Shown here: piece by piece, positions 1-13,449 of the stretch
Position numbering within the stretch: the first letter of the stretch is position 1
How the letters are laid out: every line of letters begins with the position of its first letter
DNA from: Stegostoma tigrinum
Taxonomy: Eukaryota
Direction of reading: 5' to 3'
DNA: 64,000 nt
Assembly (NCBI RefSeq): GCF_030684315.1
Contig: NC_081359.1
Coordinates: 95,822,838-95,886,837 of the forward strand
Position numbers and translations under genes: made by a program
The notes under the pieces: model-generated
Databases searched by the model: none
Told to the model about the DNA's origin: nothing
What the model saw: only the letters and a program-made list of their open reading frames with translations

Positions 1-1305
1 CCGAGGAAATAGCGGAGGTGTTGGTTGTGATCTTTCAAAAGTCACTGGAGTCAGGGAAAGTCCCAGATGATTTGAAAATCGCTGTTGTAACCCGCTTGAT
101 GAAGAAAGGATCAAAGCAAAAGATGGAGAATTATAGGCTGATTAGCCTGACCTCGGTTGATGGTAAAATTCGAGAATCCATCGTTAAGGATGAGATTTCT
201 AAATTCTTGGAAGTGCAGGGTCAGATTAGAATAAGTCAGCATAGATTTAGTAAGGGGAGGTTGTGCCTGACAAGCCTGTTAGAATTCTTTGAAGAGGTAA
301 CAAGTATGTTAGACCGGGGAAACCCAGTGCATGTTATCTATCTAGACTTCCAAAAGGCCTTTGATAAGGTGCCTCACGGGAGGCTGCTGAGTAAGGTGAG
401 GGCCCATGGTGTTTGAGGTGAGCTACTGGCATGGATTGAGGATTGGCTGTCTGACAGAAGGCAGAGAGTTGGGACAAAAGGCTCTTTTTTGGAATGGCAA
501 CCGGTGACAAGTGGTGTCCCGCAGGGTTCCGTGTTGGGGCCGCAGCTGTTCACTTTATATATTAATGATCTGGATGAAGGGACTGGGGGCATTTTGGTGA
601 AGTTTGCCGATGATACGAAGTTAGATGGACAGGCAGGTAGTACTGAGGAGGTGGGGAGGCTGCAGAAAGATTTAGACAGTTTAGAGAGTGGTTCAGGAAA
701 TGGCTGATGAAATTCAACATGAGCAAATGCGAGGTCTTGCACTTGCAGGAAAAAAGAGTACAGGCATGGACTATTTTCTAAATGGTGAGAAAATTCATAA
801 AGTCGAAGTACAGAGGGATCTGGGAGTGCTAGTCCAGGATTCTCTCAAGGTTAACTTGCAGGTAGAGTCCGTGATTAAGAAAGCAAATGTAATGTTGGCA
901 TTTATCTCAAGAGGGTTGGAATAAAAAAGCAGCAATGTGCTTCTGAGACTTTATAAAGATCTAGTTTGGTTCCATTTAGAATATGGTGGCAATTTTGGAC
1001 CCCACACCTCAGGAAGGACATACTGATACTGGAGCAAGACCAGCGGAGATTCACACGGATGATCCCTGGAATGGTAGGCCTAACATACGATGAACGGCTG
1101 AAGATCCTGGGATTGTGTTCATTAGAGTTTAGAAGGTTGAGGGGAGATCTAATAGAAACTTACAAGATAATGCATAGCTTAGAAAGGGTGGGCACTGAGA
1201 AGTTGTTTCCGTTAGGTGGGGAGACTAGGACTTGTGAGCATAGCCTTGGAATTAGAGAGGGTCAATTTAGAATGGAAATGAGGAGACATTTCTTCAGCCA
1301 GAGAG
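1..1305 (+). mobile_element. CR1-clade LINE ORF2 reverse transcriptase remnant (disrupted)
   Basis: Motifs [42 protein letters not shown] across several frames; stops at 414-416 and 922-924 plus frameshifts. Confidence 0.93.
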
Positions 1306-1378
1306 TGGAATGCGTTTGGAGAGTTGGTGTGACTCGAGGGGCTGAATGGCCTGCTTGCACACCGTAGAGATTCTATGA
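1306..1378 (+). mobile_element. SINE/LINE 3' tail fragment (HE1-like)
   Basis: gagttggtgtg...ggcctgcttgcacaccgtagagattctatga resembles the tail of the SINE at 58355-58675. Confidence 0.6.
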
Positions 1379-1429
1379 AATAGACCTCTGTCCAGTAGTA
1401 CCAGATACCATTCATGTCTCTAAAGGGGA

Positions 1430-1520
1430 ATGTGGTACGAATAGAGGACCATACAGTCAGAGGGATTGATACTGCTCTCTGTAGACAGGATCGGGAGACC
1501 TGAAAGCTGGATTGCACTTA
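1430..1520 (+). mobile_element. CR1 ORF1 esterase-domain fragment
   Basis: Translates IEDHTVRGIDTALCRQDRET*KLDC, resembling the GDSIVRG..C..RE block of CR1 ORF1. Confidence 0.45.
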
Positions 1521-1899
1521 TTATTTGGACAGAAATGGTGTCCAATGATATTGGGAAAAAGCAGGAGATGGGCACTTGGGTGTGATGCTCGATTGAAGGG
1601 CTTTTGCAGGTGCGATGGACAAAATAGCTTCCTCCTGCACCAGAACAATTCTGTTATTCCGAGCAATTCTGCTAGCTGAGTGGCAAAGTTCTGGGCATTT
1701 CCTTGTTGCTGGTGAAAACCTTGGATGAGGAGTGTTCTACTTATTGAGATCTCCAAAGGAAAAAAGTTACTTAAGTTGAACCAGTGACTGTTATTGCTGA
1801 AAAAATTCAAGGAACTCAGAGCCACATTACAAAGCAGAGCTTCAGGTGCTATCATCACTGTGTAACCAACTGAGTCACCTTCAAACTGGTCTAGGGATA

Positions 1900-2960
1900 A
1901 ACTGATTGCATTTTCAAATATGTGGTTAAAAGAGAGGTGTGTGACGCATGAGTTTAAAGTTGCAGGGTGGTCGACACCATATGATGAAATAGAATCATAT
2001 TTGGTATATCTATTTGGATTTTTTGAGGGGATAACTTGTTGGTTAAAGACAGAATTGATGGACATAATATATTTAGCTTTCCAGAAGGCATTGAAATAAA
2101 ATGCCATGTGCTGAACTATATTAGTGCTAATAAGTTTTAGATAATACAGTATATTAATATAGGTAGAGGATTGGTCAATAGACAGAGAACAGAGAGGAAT
2201 AAAAAAAGCTCATTTTCAGGATGACTTGTGATTCTAGTGCTGGGTCAGCTGTGCTGGCGCCTCAGTTTTTAAAATCTATACAAATGGTTTGGATGAAAGA
2301 ATGGAGTATAATATAGCCAAGTTTTTTAACAATACAAAGCAAGATACAAAAGTAAGTTGTGGGCACATTTGGTTTGCAACGGCCTTTGGACTGAATCAGA
2401 GGTCAAGAAAGAAGCTGGCAGATGAGTACAATGTGGAGAAGGACGAAATTATCCACTTTGGTATGAAGAGCAGAAAGCGTATTTTTTTCAAAATATGAAA
2501 ATTTACTACATTTTTAGAAACGTCTCTGTGTTATTGTATGCGAATCATAGAAGATTAGCAGAGAGATGTAGCAAGCAATTAGGAAGGCAAATGGCAGATT
2601 AGCTGTTATTGAAAGGGGGATTATAGCATAAGATGAAGGAAGGCTTTTTTTGCAATTTTTTTACAAGATTTGAAACTCTTGCATGCCACACCACTCTTTT
2701 AACCACATATTTACAACTGGGTTTTGGTGAGACCACAACCTGATTATTGTCTATAGTTTTGATTCTCTTACCTAAGACACAATGTTACAATGGTACAAGA
2801 TTGTTTCTTGGGCTGACAGCACTATCCTATGAAGAAACATCAACTAAAATGGTTCTACTTTCTCTGGTGTTAAACGGGATTAAGTATAATTCCAACATAC
2901 ACCTTTCAGAGAAGGCTTTAACCCGGGAGGTACAGTTTCCCTAGTCCGGAGTGTATTGAT
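1900..2960 (+). mobile_element. old degenerate CR1 RT fragment
   Basis: Decayed YLAFQKA and YNVEKxEIIHFG-like segments. Confidence 0.65.
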
Positions 2961-3960
2961 CTAGTGAGATCGAATTTGAGCAGGAATGAACCTGTAGACC
3001 ATTAAAAACAGGAAATAGGAATGACGCTGATGAAAATGTTCTATCCCATTTTTGGCTGATAAAATTTTATCAGGCAAAGGGTGTGCACCAGCACAAACAT
3101 GAATCCAGTGGGTGATTTGCAAATAGTACTGAGTTCACAAAGGCCACAATTAGCCTTTCCTGGGGCCTTAACTACCATGTGGGAGTCAAAGACATAAGAA
3201 GGAGATGTAAATGTTCTTGAAGCATTTGTTTGAAAGTGCTTATCTAAAGTTATTTAAATCCGCAATCCTTTAAAGGCTGCAGGAGTCACAGTCAAAACAA
3301 ACTCACGGTGCTGGAGTGCATTGATTGTCAGGTCATCTAGTGTATCTTGAAAAAAAAAGCCATTATTATTACAGTTTCAGTCAAGTTGATTGATGACATC
3401 TCCAAAGGACTGATGACCCCATTACAAAGGCTGAAGTTTGAAAGGTCTGGAAGCTCGTATTTTGATTGACAATTGTGCCTTTTAAATTATTAGACGTGCT
3501 TGATGTGATTACTGATGTTACAATTATGATGGTAAAAAGACTGCTTTGGGTGGGGAGTGGTCTTTAAAATTAGAATGAAGTGGATAATGTGATCCATTCT
3601 GAAATCTGCCTGCCAACAAGTCTGGGTGGCTTGGTTGTTAACAGATCCCAGCTTATTTTACTAGCAAGAAAGTACAAGGTATTTATGCTTGGAAACAATG
3701 GCAGTATCATGTGTTTCACTAGTGGATAAAGTGAGCCTCCAAAGCAGAAGAATATTCAAAATTTTAGGTTGTACACATTTGTGCTTTGAACTGTCCATTT
3801 ACTTCCACGTGGATAGATTGAAGAAGTTGGGATTTTTCTCCTTGAAGAGAAAAAGGCTGACAGGATATCTAATTGAATTTTTCAAGATCATGAGTAGGCG
3901 AGACAGTGTTGAAACTGTTTCCAGTTATAAAAGAACCAAGCACATGAGGTTATAATCTAA

Positions 3961-4151
3961 TCAAAGATGATAAGAACTGTCAATGCTGGAGTCTGAGATA
4001 ACACAGTGTGGGGCTGGAGGAACACAGCGGGCCAGGCAGCATCAGAGGAGCAGAGTTTTCTGATGAAGGGTCCCAACCCAAAACGTCAGCTTTCCTGTAG
4101 CTCTGATGCTGCCTGGCCTGGTGTGTTCCTCCAGCTCCACGCTGTGTTATC
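3961..4151. mobile_element. palindromic Penelope-like (PLE) terminal remnant with decayed HHR
   Basis: Arms gataacacagtgtgg...gcagcatcagag / ctctgatgctgc...tgtgttatc. Core ctgatga-agggtcccaaccc-Aaaacgtc at 4060. Imperfect 17-bp TSD at 3938-3954 / 4152-4168. Confidence 0.75.
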
Positions 4152-4495
4152 AAGAACATGAGGTGATAGATTTAAAATGTTACCAGTTGAAGTTTAACGT
4201 GCTCAAATGTGAGACGAGCATTTTGGAAGGTCAAGTACAGGTGGAAATTATACGGTGAATGGCAGAGCCCTTTAGAGTATTAAAATGCAGAAGGATCTGG
4301 ATGTGCAAGCCTATAGATCATGGAAGGTGGCGGGACAGGTAGGTAAGGTAGCTTAAAAAAAGTGTAAAGCATGCTTACCTTCATTAGAAGAGGCATTGAG
4401 TACAAGAGTAGGCAAGTTAGGTGGCAGCTTTACAGAACTTTAGATAGGCTACACTTGGAATGTTGTGTACAGTTCTTGTTGCCACACTACCAGAA

Positions 4496-4898
4496 CCACT
4501 GCACTACACAACCAGCCCAGCTCTTCCCCTCCACCCACTGCATCCCAAAACCAGCCCAGCCTGTCTCTGCCTCCCTAACCTGTTCTTCCTCTCACCCATC
4601 CCTTCCTCCCACCCCAAGCCGCACCTCCATCTCCTACCTACTAACCTCATCCCACCTCCTTGACCTGTCCGTCTTCCCTGGACTGACCTATCCCCTCCCT
4701 ACCTCCCCACCTATACTCTCCTCTCCACCTGTCTTCTTTTCTCTCCATCTTCGGTCCGCCTCCCCCTCTCTCCCTATTTATTCCAGAACCCTCACCCCAT
4801 TCCCCTCTCTGATGAAGGGTCTAGGCCCGAAACGTCAGCTTTTGTGCTCCTGAGATGCTGCTGGGCCTGCTGTGTTCATCCAGCCTCACATTTTATTA
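4496..4898 (+). mobile_element. 5'-truncated Penelope-like element 3' end
   Basis: Near-identical to 52645-53040; C/T-rich tract plus HHR; TSD accagaa at 4489-4495 / 4899-4905. Confidence 0.85.
4809..4836 (+). ncRNA. minimal type I hammerhead ribozyme motif (intact core)
   Basis: CUGAUGA-A-GGG(UCUAGG)CCC-GAAAC-GUC; canonical CUGANGA/GAAA/NUH core with vestigial palindromic (ACGU) stem III. Confidence 0.7.
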
Positions 4899-6529
4899 AC
4901 CAGAAGCATGTGGATGCTTTTGAGAGGGTACTAAAAATTTTTACCAGGATATTGCCTGTTATGGGGGATTTTGGCAACGAAGAAATGTTGGATAGGCTGG
5001 ATTTCTTTTCATTGGCATGCGGGAGGTTGAGAGGCCACCTGATAGAAGTTTATAAGATTGTGAATGGCATGAACAGAGTAGAAAGCATGAGGCTTTTTCC
5101 CAGGGTGGAGGGATCAATTACTGGGGGACACAGGTGCAATGTGCGGGAGGAGGGAGTTTAAAACAGATGCGCGTGCCAGGTTTATCACACAAACACGAGT
5201 GCCTGGAATGGGCTGCCAGTGGAGGTGGTGGAAGCAGACACAAAAGCTGCATTCATGAAGCACCTGGATGAGTACATGAATTGGAAGGAATTAGGGGAAT
5301 GCAGATTCTCTGTAAGGGAAGACTATGTTTTAGTATGGAAGAGAAAATGTGTCAGTGCAGGCTTGGAGGGCCGAATAGCCCGATCCTGTGCTATATTGTT
5401 TTTTGTGCAAATGAATCCCGGGCGATATGAGAAAAAAACTTTTTCACACAGCAAGTTGTCACACTATCTTGAATTTTGGTGGAAGTTGATTCAATTGAGG
5501 CATTCAAAAGGACATTGAATGTTTCTTTAGATGGTTATGGTGTGCAAGAATATGGCAAAAAGCTGGAGATTATCTCTGTTATCTCATACCATACTGGATA
5601 ATAGAGTTAATACAGGTATGATGGACAAAATTGCCTTCTTCTGCACTATGTTAATTCTTCTGTGACTCTGGGTCTCAATGATAATTAATCAGCATTTCTA
5701 CCTGGATATATGGTTCAAGTGATTCATATACAGATATATCAGTCAAAACTTACAGAAAAGGGTTAGCCTTTCAGAATTGGGGAGAGGGAGTGCATCTATA
5801 GCCAGCAACACACTTGTGGTATATCATGCAGAAATGTAAGTTATAGGTTACATTATCGTTTAAGACTAAATTAGTGGGAGTTAAAACTGGGCTGGAAGAT
5901 TAGTGTAGCTTTCACTAGAAAAGCGTCATTGCAAAGGACAGTTCTGAGATTAAAAGTTCACTGGCTGCGAAGATTAAGTTTAAAAAAGCAACTTCACACA
6001 AAAAAATTATAAATATTGAAAATTGGAAGAGATAACATAAACTAATGGACGTCTACAGTAAAGTCAAAGGGCATTTACCACAGTTAACATTTGGATGACA
6101 CCAGTGTGATGGTCTGAAATAATAATCTCTCATGTTTAGTCAATGCATGACTTGCTGCATAGGACTCTGTTTATTTTTTTCTGAAAGATTATCTTTTCTT
6201 CTATTGCTCATTGGAGAAGAAGTGGGATCAGAAATACAGAAATCAGCAGAATAAAAAATATTCTTTGAGCAAATCTTTCTGATTATTCTTTTGACCAAGC
6301 AGCAATAGAAAATATAATTTTAATTAAAATAATGGATTTGAATGCCATTAGCCTGTGAATTAATACAATAGGTAAGCAAATTCATTTTCCTATATTTGAT
6401 TGTTTCTCAACTTCAGCAGTACAATTAACTTTGATGATAAAGCAGTAAATATTGAAGTGATTCAATACTGTTAAAAGGAATCACAGGCCTGGCAAGATAA
6501 TGATAGACCTCTCACAGAATATATTTATG

Positions 6530-7010
6530 GTGACTTCTCGAAGATGAGAGGGTTGGCTTATGAGAAGAGATTGAGTAGACTGGGATTATCTCATTGGAAT
6601 TTAGGAGAATGAGGGCGAATTTTATAGAATCATATAACACTATGAAGGGAATAGATAATATAGAAGCAGGGAGGTTGTTTCCACTGGCAGATGAAGCTAG
6701 AAGTAGGGGGTAGAGCCTCAAAATAAGGGGCAGCAGATTTAGGACTGAGCTGAGGAGGAACTTCTTCTCCCAAAGTCTTGTGATTCTTTGGAAATATCTG
6801 CCCCAGTGACACATTGAGGTGGCCTCTGTGAATGTTTTTAAAGCAAAGATAGAAAGAGTTTTGATCAGTAAAGGAACTAAGGGTTATTGGAGCAGGTGGG
6901 TAAGTAGAGCGGAGTCCACTAAAAAGATAAGCCATGAGCTTATTGAATGGTGGAGCAGGCTCGAGAGGCCAGATAGCCTACTCCTGCTCCTATTCCCTAT
7001 GTTCTTTTGT
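6530..7010 (+). mobile_element. CR1 LINE 3' end
   Basis: LSYEKRLSRLGL..RRMRANFIE-like coding remnant followed by the cctactcctgctcctattccctatgtt tail. Confidence 0.8.
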
Positions 7011-8506
7011 TCTCAATATTCTGAACACACATAGGTAATTACATGGAGACAACAACAGAGCACATGTTGCAACAGTGAATAGGTGACGGTCTTGCTTTAC
7101 AAGTGCAAAAGGAGCTATTATGTAAAACCGTTTCAGAGATAGTAGGAAGGTGCTGGAGAATCTGAGAGCACAAGGTGTAGAGCTGGATGAACACAGCAGG
7201 CCAAGCTCCTATGTCTTCTATTGTATCAAACCTTTGAGCTTCCACTACCTCATTGGGTACATTCCTCAGCCAAAATCATATTAAGGTGTCAGGCTTGGCA
7301 GGTCTTTTGTTCAAAATCAGCTGTGACAGCTGTAAGAGTGCCATATTTGGGCTCAATGAGGAAACTATATGTCCAGGATTATTCCTAATCACTACCAAAT
7401 GCTAGAAACATTGGCTAAGACTTGTATCAAATTATTTCAGAACTCCTTTGATAATTGAATAACCTGTAACATTGTCAGCCATTAAAAACAGTTGCTAATA
7501 CTACAGACGTTTACAGATGTACACAAAGGTCTTCCAGAAATTTTGTGACAGATCACCAAACTGTTCTGCTAAATGCCCCCAGATTGCATTCCCCCTTTTG
7601 GATGCAATTGCTCTTTGTCAGCCAGGACCATTATTTAGAAAATCAAAATACTGCTGATGCTGGCATAATAATAATTCCAGGTGCAGCTCTGAACAGTTCA
7701 GGAAATCCTATCTAACATCAGCATAACAGTTGGATAGTATTTCCAATAACATCAATGATAAGTTGTCAAATAAATTGTCAATTAAGAGTTTTCATTCAAT
7801 AAGCTGCAAAACCTTCACATAAGTGGCAAGTAATTTACTACATTTTAGTTTTAATGCTTAAAGGCTGGTGAAAATGAGCAAATTTCAAACAGTTGACTAA
7901 TTGCATGTGGTTTAATTATTTAGGTAATGGTACAGAATTTGTCAGAAGCATCACATTGAGAATATTTGTTACAGAAATTCTGTTTGATAATCTGTTGCCT
8001 TCTCTTTATCATACACCTACTTCTTTCTTCATATGCCTGCACGATACTTCATTCACAAATTGGGACTCATATGGAGTATTAGGCCACCATACATCAGTTG
8101 GACCCAATAGCCTGTTTATCTGCTGTACCTTTAATGAATGAGGCTCAATGAGTTGAATGAGTCGAGGCTGGAATTGCAACTCATAACCTTTTCCATATGG
8201 CGGTGAAATCATTTGGTTGTATACAGTGGCCTCAAACTCATGTGATTTAGGAGTGGTAGCATGCTTTTCAATGAAAAACATACTTGAGCCTGCAGTACTT
8301 TTCTAGAAGATCATGGAAGATATGCTTATAATCTAAAATCTTCATTCTCTGATTACCTTTCAACTCTATCTCTATGGATGGTAGTTTCACTGAAATTTTC
8401 GAAAGCAACACTGCTAGAGTTCTTAACAGGTCAAGTGGCCAATGGATAGGCACTAAAGCTGCTAAATGAAACTTAAGTAAAGATCAGCCTTAATCTAATG
8501 ATTATG

Positions 8507-8677
8507 GGCAGCACAGTGGTTAGCACTGCTGCCTCATAATGCCAGAGACCTGGGTTCAATTCCAACCTCAGGTATGGGTGGAGTTTTACATCCTCCCCAT
8601 GTCTGTGTGGGTTTCCTCTGTGTGCTCCAGTTTCCTCCCACAGTCTAAAGATGTACAGTTTAGGTAGATTGGCCATG
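8507..8677 (+). mobile_element. tRNA-derived SINE (HE1/V-SINE-like), 3'-truncated
   Basis: gggcagcacagtggttagcac A-box, gggttcaattcc B-box, gggtttcctc..tgctcc..tttcctcccacagtc core. Confidence 0.8.
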
Positions 8678-8681
8678 ATAT

Positions 8682-9036
8682 TCTTTATTCATTCATGGGA
8701 TGAGGGCATCGCTGGCTAGGCAGAATTTATTACCCATCCCTAATTGCCCAGAAGGCAGTTAAGCATTAACCACATTGCTATGGATCTGGAGTCACGTGTA
8801 GGCCTGACCAGATGAGGATGGCAGTTTCCTTCCCTATGAGACAGTAGTGAACCAGATGGGTTTTTACTGACACTTCACATTGGATTCATGGTCATCATTA
8901 GATCCTTAATTCCAGATATTTATTGCATTCAGACTCCACCATCTGCCATGGCAGGATCTGAACCAGGTCCCCAGAACATTATCTGGGTCTCTGGATTAAC
9001 AGTCCAGCGATAATGCCACTCGGCCATCGCCTCCCC
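8682..9036 (-). mobile_element. tRNA-derived SINE family B, full length
   Basis: Minus strand head gggaggcgatggccgagtgg...ggttcagatcc and tail gggtaataaat...cccatgaatgaataaa; at least 8 related copies in the window. Confidence 0.85.
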
Positions 9037-9259
9037 TGAATTACACATAGAGTCCAGAGTGCAGGCTAGCTGGATTAGCTGTATGGATGCAATGGGCTGA
9101 ATAGCCTGCTTCCACACTGTACGGATTCAATGAGCCTAGTACAACAGACTTGCATGGCCTAAATTTCAATGCTCCTGTTTTACAAACACCTTTGAGTGAA
9201 AGATTCACTTGTAATTTAGTTGTCAAATGTAGCTAGTGGCACCACCCCAATTTAGAATG

Positions 9260-9710
9260 TCATGACTTCAAGACCCATCCTAAAGACTTGAGAACCAAAA
9301 TATGGACTCATACTTCAATGTTAAATTGAATGTTATACTAACAGAGGTGCCTTTTCAAATAGGCAGTAATCTGAAGCCACTTTGTGCTGTCCTAGGTGAA
9401 AGTAAAAGTTATCACAATATTATCTGAAGGGCAGCAGAGGAATTTTCCTGGACATCTTGCTCATAGTATCCATCAACCAACATCATTACAATAAATTATC
9501 TGGTTATGATCACAGAGAGAGTTGACTAAGTGCAAGTTATGTTTCGCATTAAATTAAAACAAAGACAATGAATGCTGGAGATCTGAAACAAACACATGGC
9601 TGCTGTATTTCCCACATTACAATGGTGACTACACGTCAGAAGTGCTCAATTAGCGATCAAGTACTTTAGACTGCCCCAAGATCATTAAAAAACATCATAC
9701 AAATTCAACT
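9260..9710 (+). mobile_element. old Deu-domain SINE (SacSINE1/AmnSINE1-like)
   Basis: gaggtgccttttc...ggtgaaagtaaaag...catcaaccaacatca core and cacattacaatggtgactacac tail, recalled as Deu-SINE features. Confidence 0.55.
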
Positions 9711-10799
9711 TTTTTTTTACTTTTAATAAACTTGAAGCAAGCACAGTTTCTGAAAAATTGCACAGTGAAACTTTGTTTATTTTAAGTCAAAACTAGAGGC
9801 AAGAAGACAAGTTAATTAAATTGTAACAGCGGCTCCCATTATCCAGCTGAAAAATGTATAATGTTTATTCACAGAACTGTGTCACTACATTTTCTTCTCT
9901 CAGTAATTCATTAACTTAAACCTGGTCCCTGACTTTCCTGTCAGCTTGACCTTCTCTGTTAACTCATCCTCACGCCCCTATTCTGCACTCCACTAGTCCC
10001 TCAGGTTCAGTTGTCATCACTGTGAGTTCCTTTATAGCACTGTAAGCGCTTTAAAGGAAAACAAATCTCACTGGCCTCCTATTCTATCTTTAGGACTGCA
10101 AGCAATTCAAAGAACAAATCCTCTCCTTAAACAGTAAGCGATTAGTGACCCTTCACCATTATTAACCATGACTTAAAACTTCACAGAATTCCAGTGCAAT
10201 CCCCTCGCAAACAGCCATCATATACTCTACTACACACCTGAGAGTAAAGGAGAAAGAAATAAGTCACAAAGCAACATGTAAAAACAAGACAGAGAGAGGA
10301 GAAAATTGAAGATTATTGTGAACATTTCTCTTCAAACAGAAAGTATAAGTGAGGAGGAGGCACCTTTTAGGAATGAGATAAGATAAATTTCTTCAATTGG
10401 CTGATTGTGGCTTTTTAGAATTCTTTATGCTGGAAAGCTGTGGATGACGTCATTGAATACATTCAAGACAGAGTTCAATACATTTTTGGAGGATAAATAT
10501 TCAATATTATGGGAATATAGTGGGAAAGCAGTTGAGGTAAAAGATCAGCCAATGATCATAGTAAATGGCAGAATGAGGGGCCAGATGAGCTATTCATTTT
10601 CTTATGCACTACGTTCACGGAGCATATAATGAGACAGAAGCAGTAAATAAAAAACAGCACATGTGCTGGGCTCCAATTTACCCTGGGAAATTGGACATCC
10701 AGTAAAACTATACAACTTGTGATATATTAAAGTGCCACAATTATTTTCAGTCATACTTGCTCTATAATATCTTGTTGATAGCACATTATTGTTATAAAA

Positions 10800-11100
10800 G
10801 CAAATCTTGGTTTTATATAGTGTCTTTTACAGCCATTTTTCAGCCAAGTAAGTACTTTGAAGGGTAGCCACCATCGTAATATAAGAGACTTGGGAACCAG
10901 TTTGCACAGAACAAAATCCTACAAACAGTAATGCAACAATGGCCACAATCTTCCCTTGTGATGTTAATTGTAAATTAATTTTGGACAGGTTATGGGGACA
11001 ACTCCATGCTTTTCCTTGAAATAGTGCTATGGGATTGCTTGCACCAACCAGGGAACGTGAACAGGACCTTTCAGATGTCCTATCACATCTGAAAAACAGT
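10800..11100 (-). mobile_element. old Deu-domain SINE
   Basis: Reverse complement of atcccatagcactatttcaaggaaaagcatggagttgtcccc core and the ...actatataaaa tail. Confidence 0.55.
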
Positions 11101-11821
11101 GTGGTTTATAAAACAATGTGAAAAATGCTTGGGACAATCCGCTATATTGTATAGGTGAGATTGCATCCTGCCATTATGTCTCAGCACAGGGAAGATTCTT
11201 AACCTGCTCTTTAGGGTAACACTAATGTTGTGGATTGACTGCCTATTGTTGAACCCACCCAATTTTTGTTTCCATTGCTCATTACCAATTTGTGCACTTG
11301 TTGCATGTTAAAAAATCTATCACACTGTCTCCTGATTCTTTACAAACAAGTAGGAGGAAATCCAATTGCAAAAATTAGAAAGTTTGCTGATCTGTGCAGT
11401 GTCTATGTAAAGACAATTAAGGCTTGTAATAAACAGTAGAATTTTGAGAATCCTGGGCTTACTAATGTGCCATTCTGATTTTCTAGGCTTAGTGAGCATT
11501 CTGGCCAATATATAAACTTCTACAAAGATCACAAAAAGCAACTTAGCTAGTCCTTATCAAATTGATCTTTGTGTGAGCTTGTTGTGCATCACTTTTTCAC
11601 AATTTTTTCCTCATTGCAATCATGACAATAATTCAAAAGTATTTCATTTGTTTACAAGTTCTATAGGACATCCTAAGATCATGAAAAATACTATATGCCT
11701 TTATCACTCAGCCAATGTCACTAAAGCAATACTGTATGGTCATTTATGTCATTGCTGTTTGTGGGACACTGCTGTGTGCAAATTGGCTGTTACATTACAA
11801 AAGGGAAAATTCAGCAAAAGT

Positions 11822-12115
11822 TTCTGGGGACCTGGGTACAATTCCTGCCATGGCAGATGGTGGAATTTGAATTCAATACAATTCTGGAATTAAGAGTCTA
11901 ATAATGGCCATGAGTCTAATATTGATTGTCAGAAAAACCCATCTGGTTCACTAATGCCCTTTAGGGAGGAAACTGCCATCCTTACCTGGTCTGGCCTACA
12001 TGTGACTCTATACCTACAGTTATGTGGTTGACTCTTAACTGCCCTCTGGAAAGTTCAGGTTGGGCAATAAATGCTGGCCTAGCCAGCAATGCCCTCATCC
12101 TGTGAATACTTTAAA
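11822..12115 (+). mobile_element. SINE family B (5'-truncated)
   Basis: Matches the reverse complement of 8682-9036. Confidence 0.8.
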
Positions 12116-12598
12116 AAGAATTAATTGCAGAAGTCTCTGGGGTGTCCTGAATGTTATAAACCTAAGCTTTCTTCTTCCCACTATCAGTATGAACCATTCA
12201 TCTCTGTGACCTTTCCAATTAAACAGGCAAGTGAATGGAAATTTCTACTTTGCAGATGAGTATAGAGACAGTACTTAGATCAAGTTGCAGAATGCAGCCA
12301 ATAATATTTAACAGACAATTCATGATGGGCAATAATTACTCTGTGAGATCATTTGAAAAGCATGGTTGTGGCACACTGTGACTGGGTTTCAAAGCAAGAG
12401 AGTCTGCTCCTTCCAAGATTATAAAAGAAATAACTCATGCCTGCAAGGGATTAAAAGGCAGTAATCTCATTGAAGAGTTCAGAAGGCGAAGAAAAATTGG
12501 GTAATCCAAGGCAAGAGATTAGGTTGCGCTTGAGCTCACTCTAAGGTGTTTGGTATTTCCTAGAATTGATTCTATGAACACTTTGGGTCATTTTCAGT

Positions 12599-12710
12599 GA
12601 TAACAAAGTGTAGATCTGGATGAACACAGCAGGCCAAGCAGGATCTTAGGAGCACAAAAGCTGACATTTTGAGCCTAGACCCTTCATCAGAAAAGTTCCC
12701 ATTATTTCTA
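12599..12710 (-). mobile_element. Penelope-like terminal fragment with decayed HHR
   Basis: Perfect 13-bp TSD ggtcattttcagt at 12586-12598 / 12711-12723; minus-strand ctgatga-agggtctaggctc-AaaaTgtc. Confidence 0.8.
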
Positions 12711-13145
12711 GGTCATTTTCAGTACTAGGTTAATTTATGCCTTAATTACCAATATGTGCAGTCTGTGCTATTCATGTGAGATGCTGTGTACAGTGGAAGA
12801 TGATAGCAGTATTCCAACATGTATATCAGGAAAATCATTTGTAGTTAAACCTCCAAAGCAGATGTGTTCAGTGTGATATATGAACAGAGTAATCTAATTG
12901 AAATTCAATAAATTATAGAACATAGAACAAAACAGCGCAGAACAGGCCCTTCAGCCCTCGATGTTGTGCTGACCTGTGAACTAATCTAAGTCCCTCCCCT
13001 GACACTATCCCATCATTATCAATATGTTGTGAATGTTTTTGTGAACAGAAAGTTTCAATCATTTATTTAAAGATTTCTGTAAAACAGATTATTAGTATAA
13101 CCAAGTAGTCACACAGATAGAATCGCATAACAACATTCAGACTCT

Positions 13146-13356
13146 GGATGTGAGTTTGCTAGCTGAGCGGGAAGGTTAGTTTTCAGACGTTTCGTCACCA
13201 TTCTAGGTAACATCATCAGTGAGCCTCCAATGAAGTGCTGATGTTTTGTCCCGCTTTCTATTTATCTGTTTAGGTTTCCTAGGGTTGGTGATGTCATTTC
13301 CTGCATCGGTGATGTCATTTCCTGTTCTTTTTCTCAGAGGATGGTAGATTGGCTCC
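13146..13356 (-). mobile_element. Penelope-like 3' fragment, second family, with HHR
   Basis: Perfect 17-bp TSD aacaacattcagactct at 13129-13145 / 13357-13373; internal repeat ggtgatgtcatttcctg x2. Confidence 0.75.
13183..13222 (-). ncRNA. minimal hammerhead ribozyme motif (intact core)
   Basis: Minus strand UCA-CUGAUGA-U-GUUACC(UAGAAU)GGUGAC-GAAAC-GUC-UGA: 3-bp stem I, 6-bp stem II. Confidence 0.75.
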
Positions 13357-13449
13357 AACAACATTCAGACTCTTAGGCTTTTCAGCACACTAGAAAGGCC
13401 ATTTGATCTATCATGTCCATGCTATCAATAACAATCTGACTACACTAAT

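Larger units (their letters stand above)
3805..5400 (+). mobile_element. CR1 3' fragments hosting two Penelope-like insertions
   Basis: RRGIEYKS, HLECCVQF, RLRGHLIEVYKI motifs; interrupted at 3961-4151 and 4496-4898. Confidence 0.8.

Noticed and set aside
1457-2107. 216-aa minus-strand ORF as a novel gene
   Set aside because: It is partly antisense to a decayed CR1 RT, has no recognisable domain and shows no splice context.
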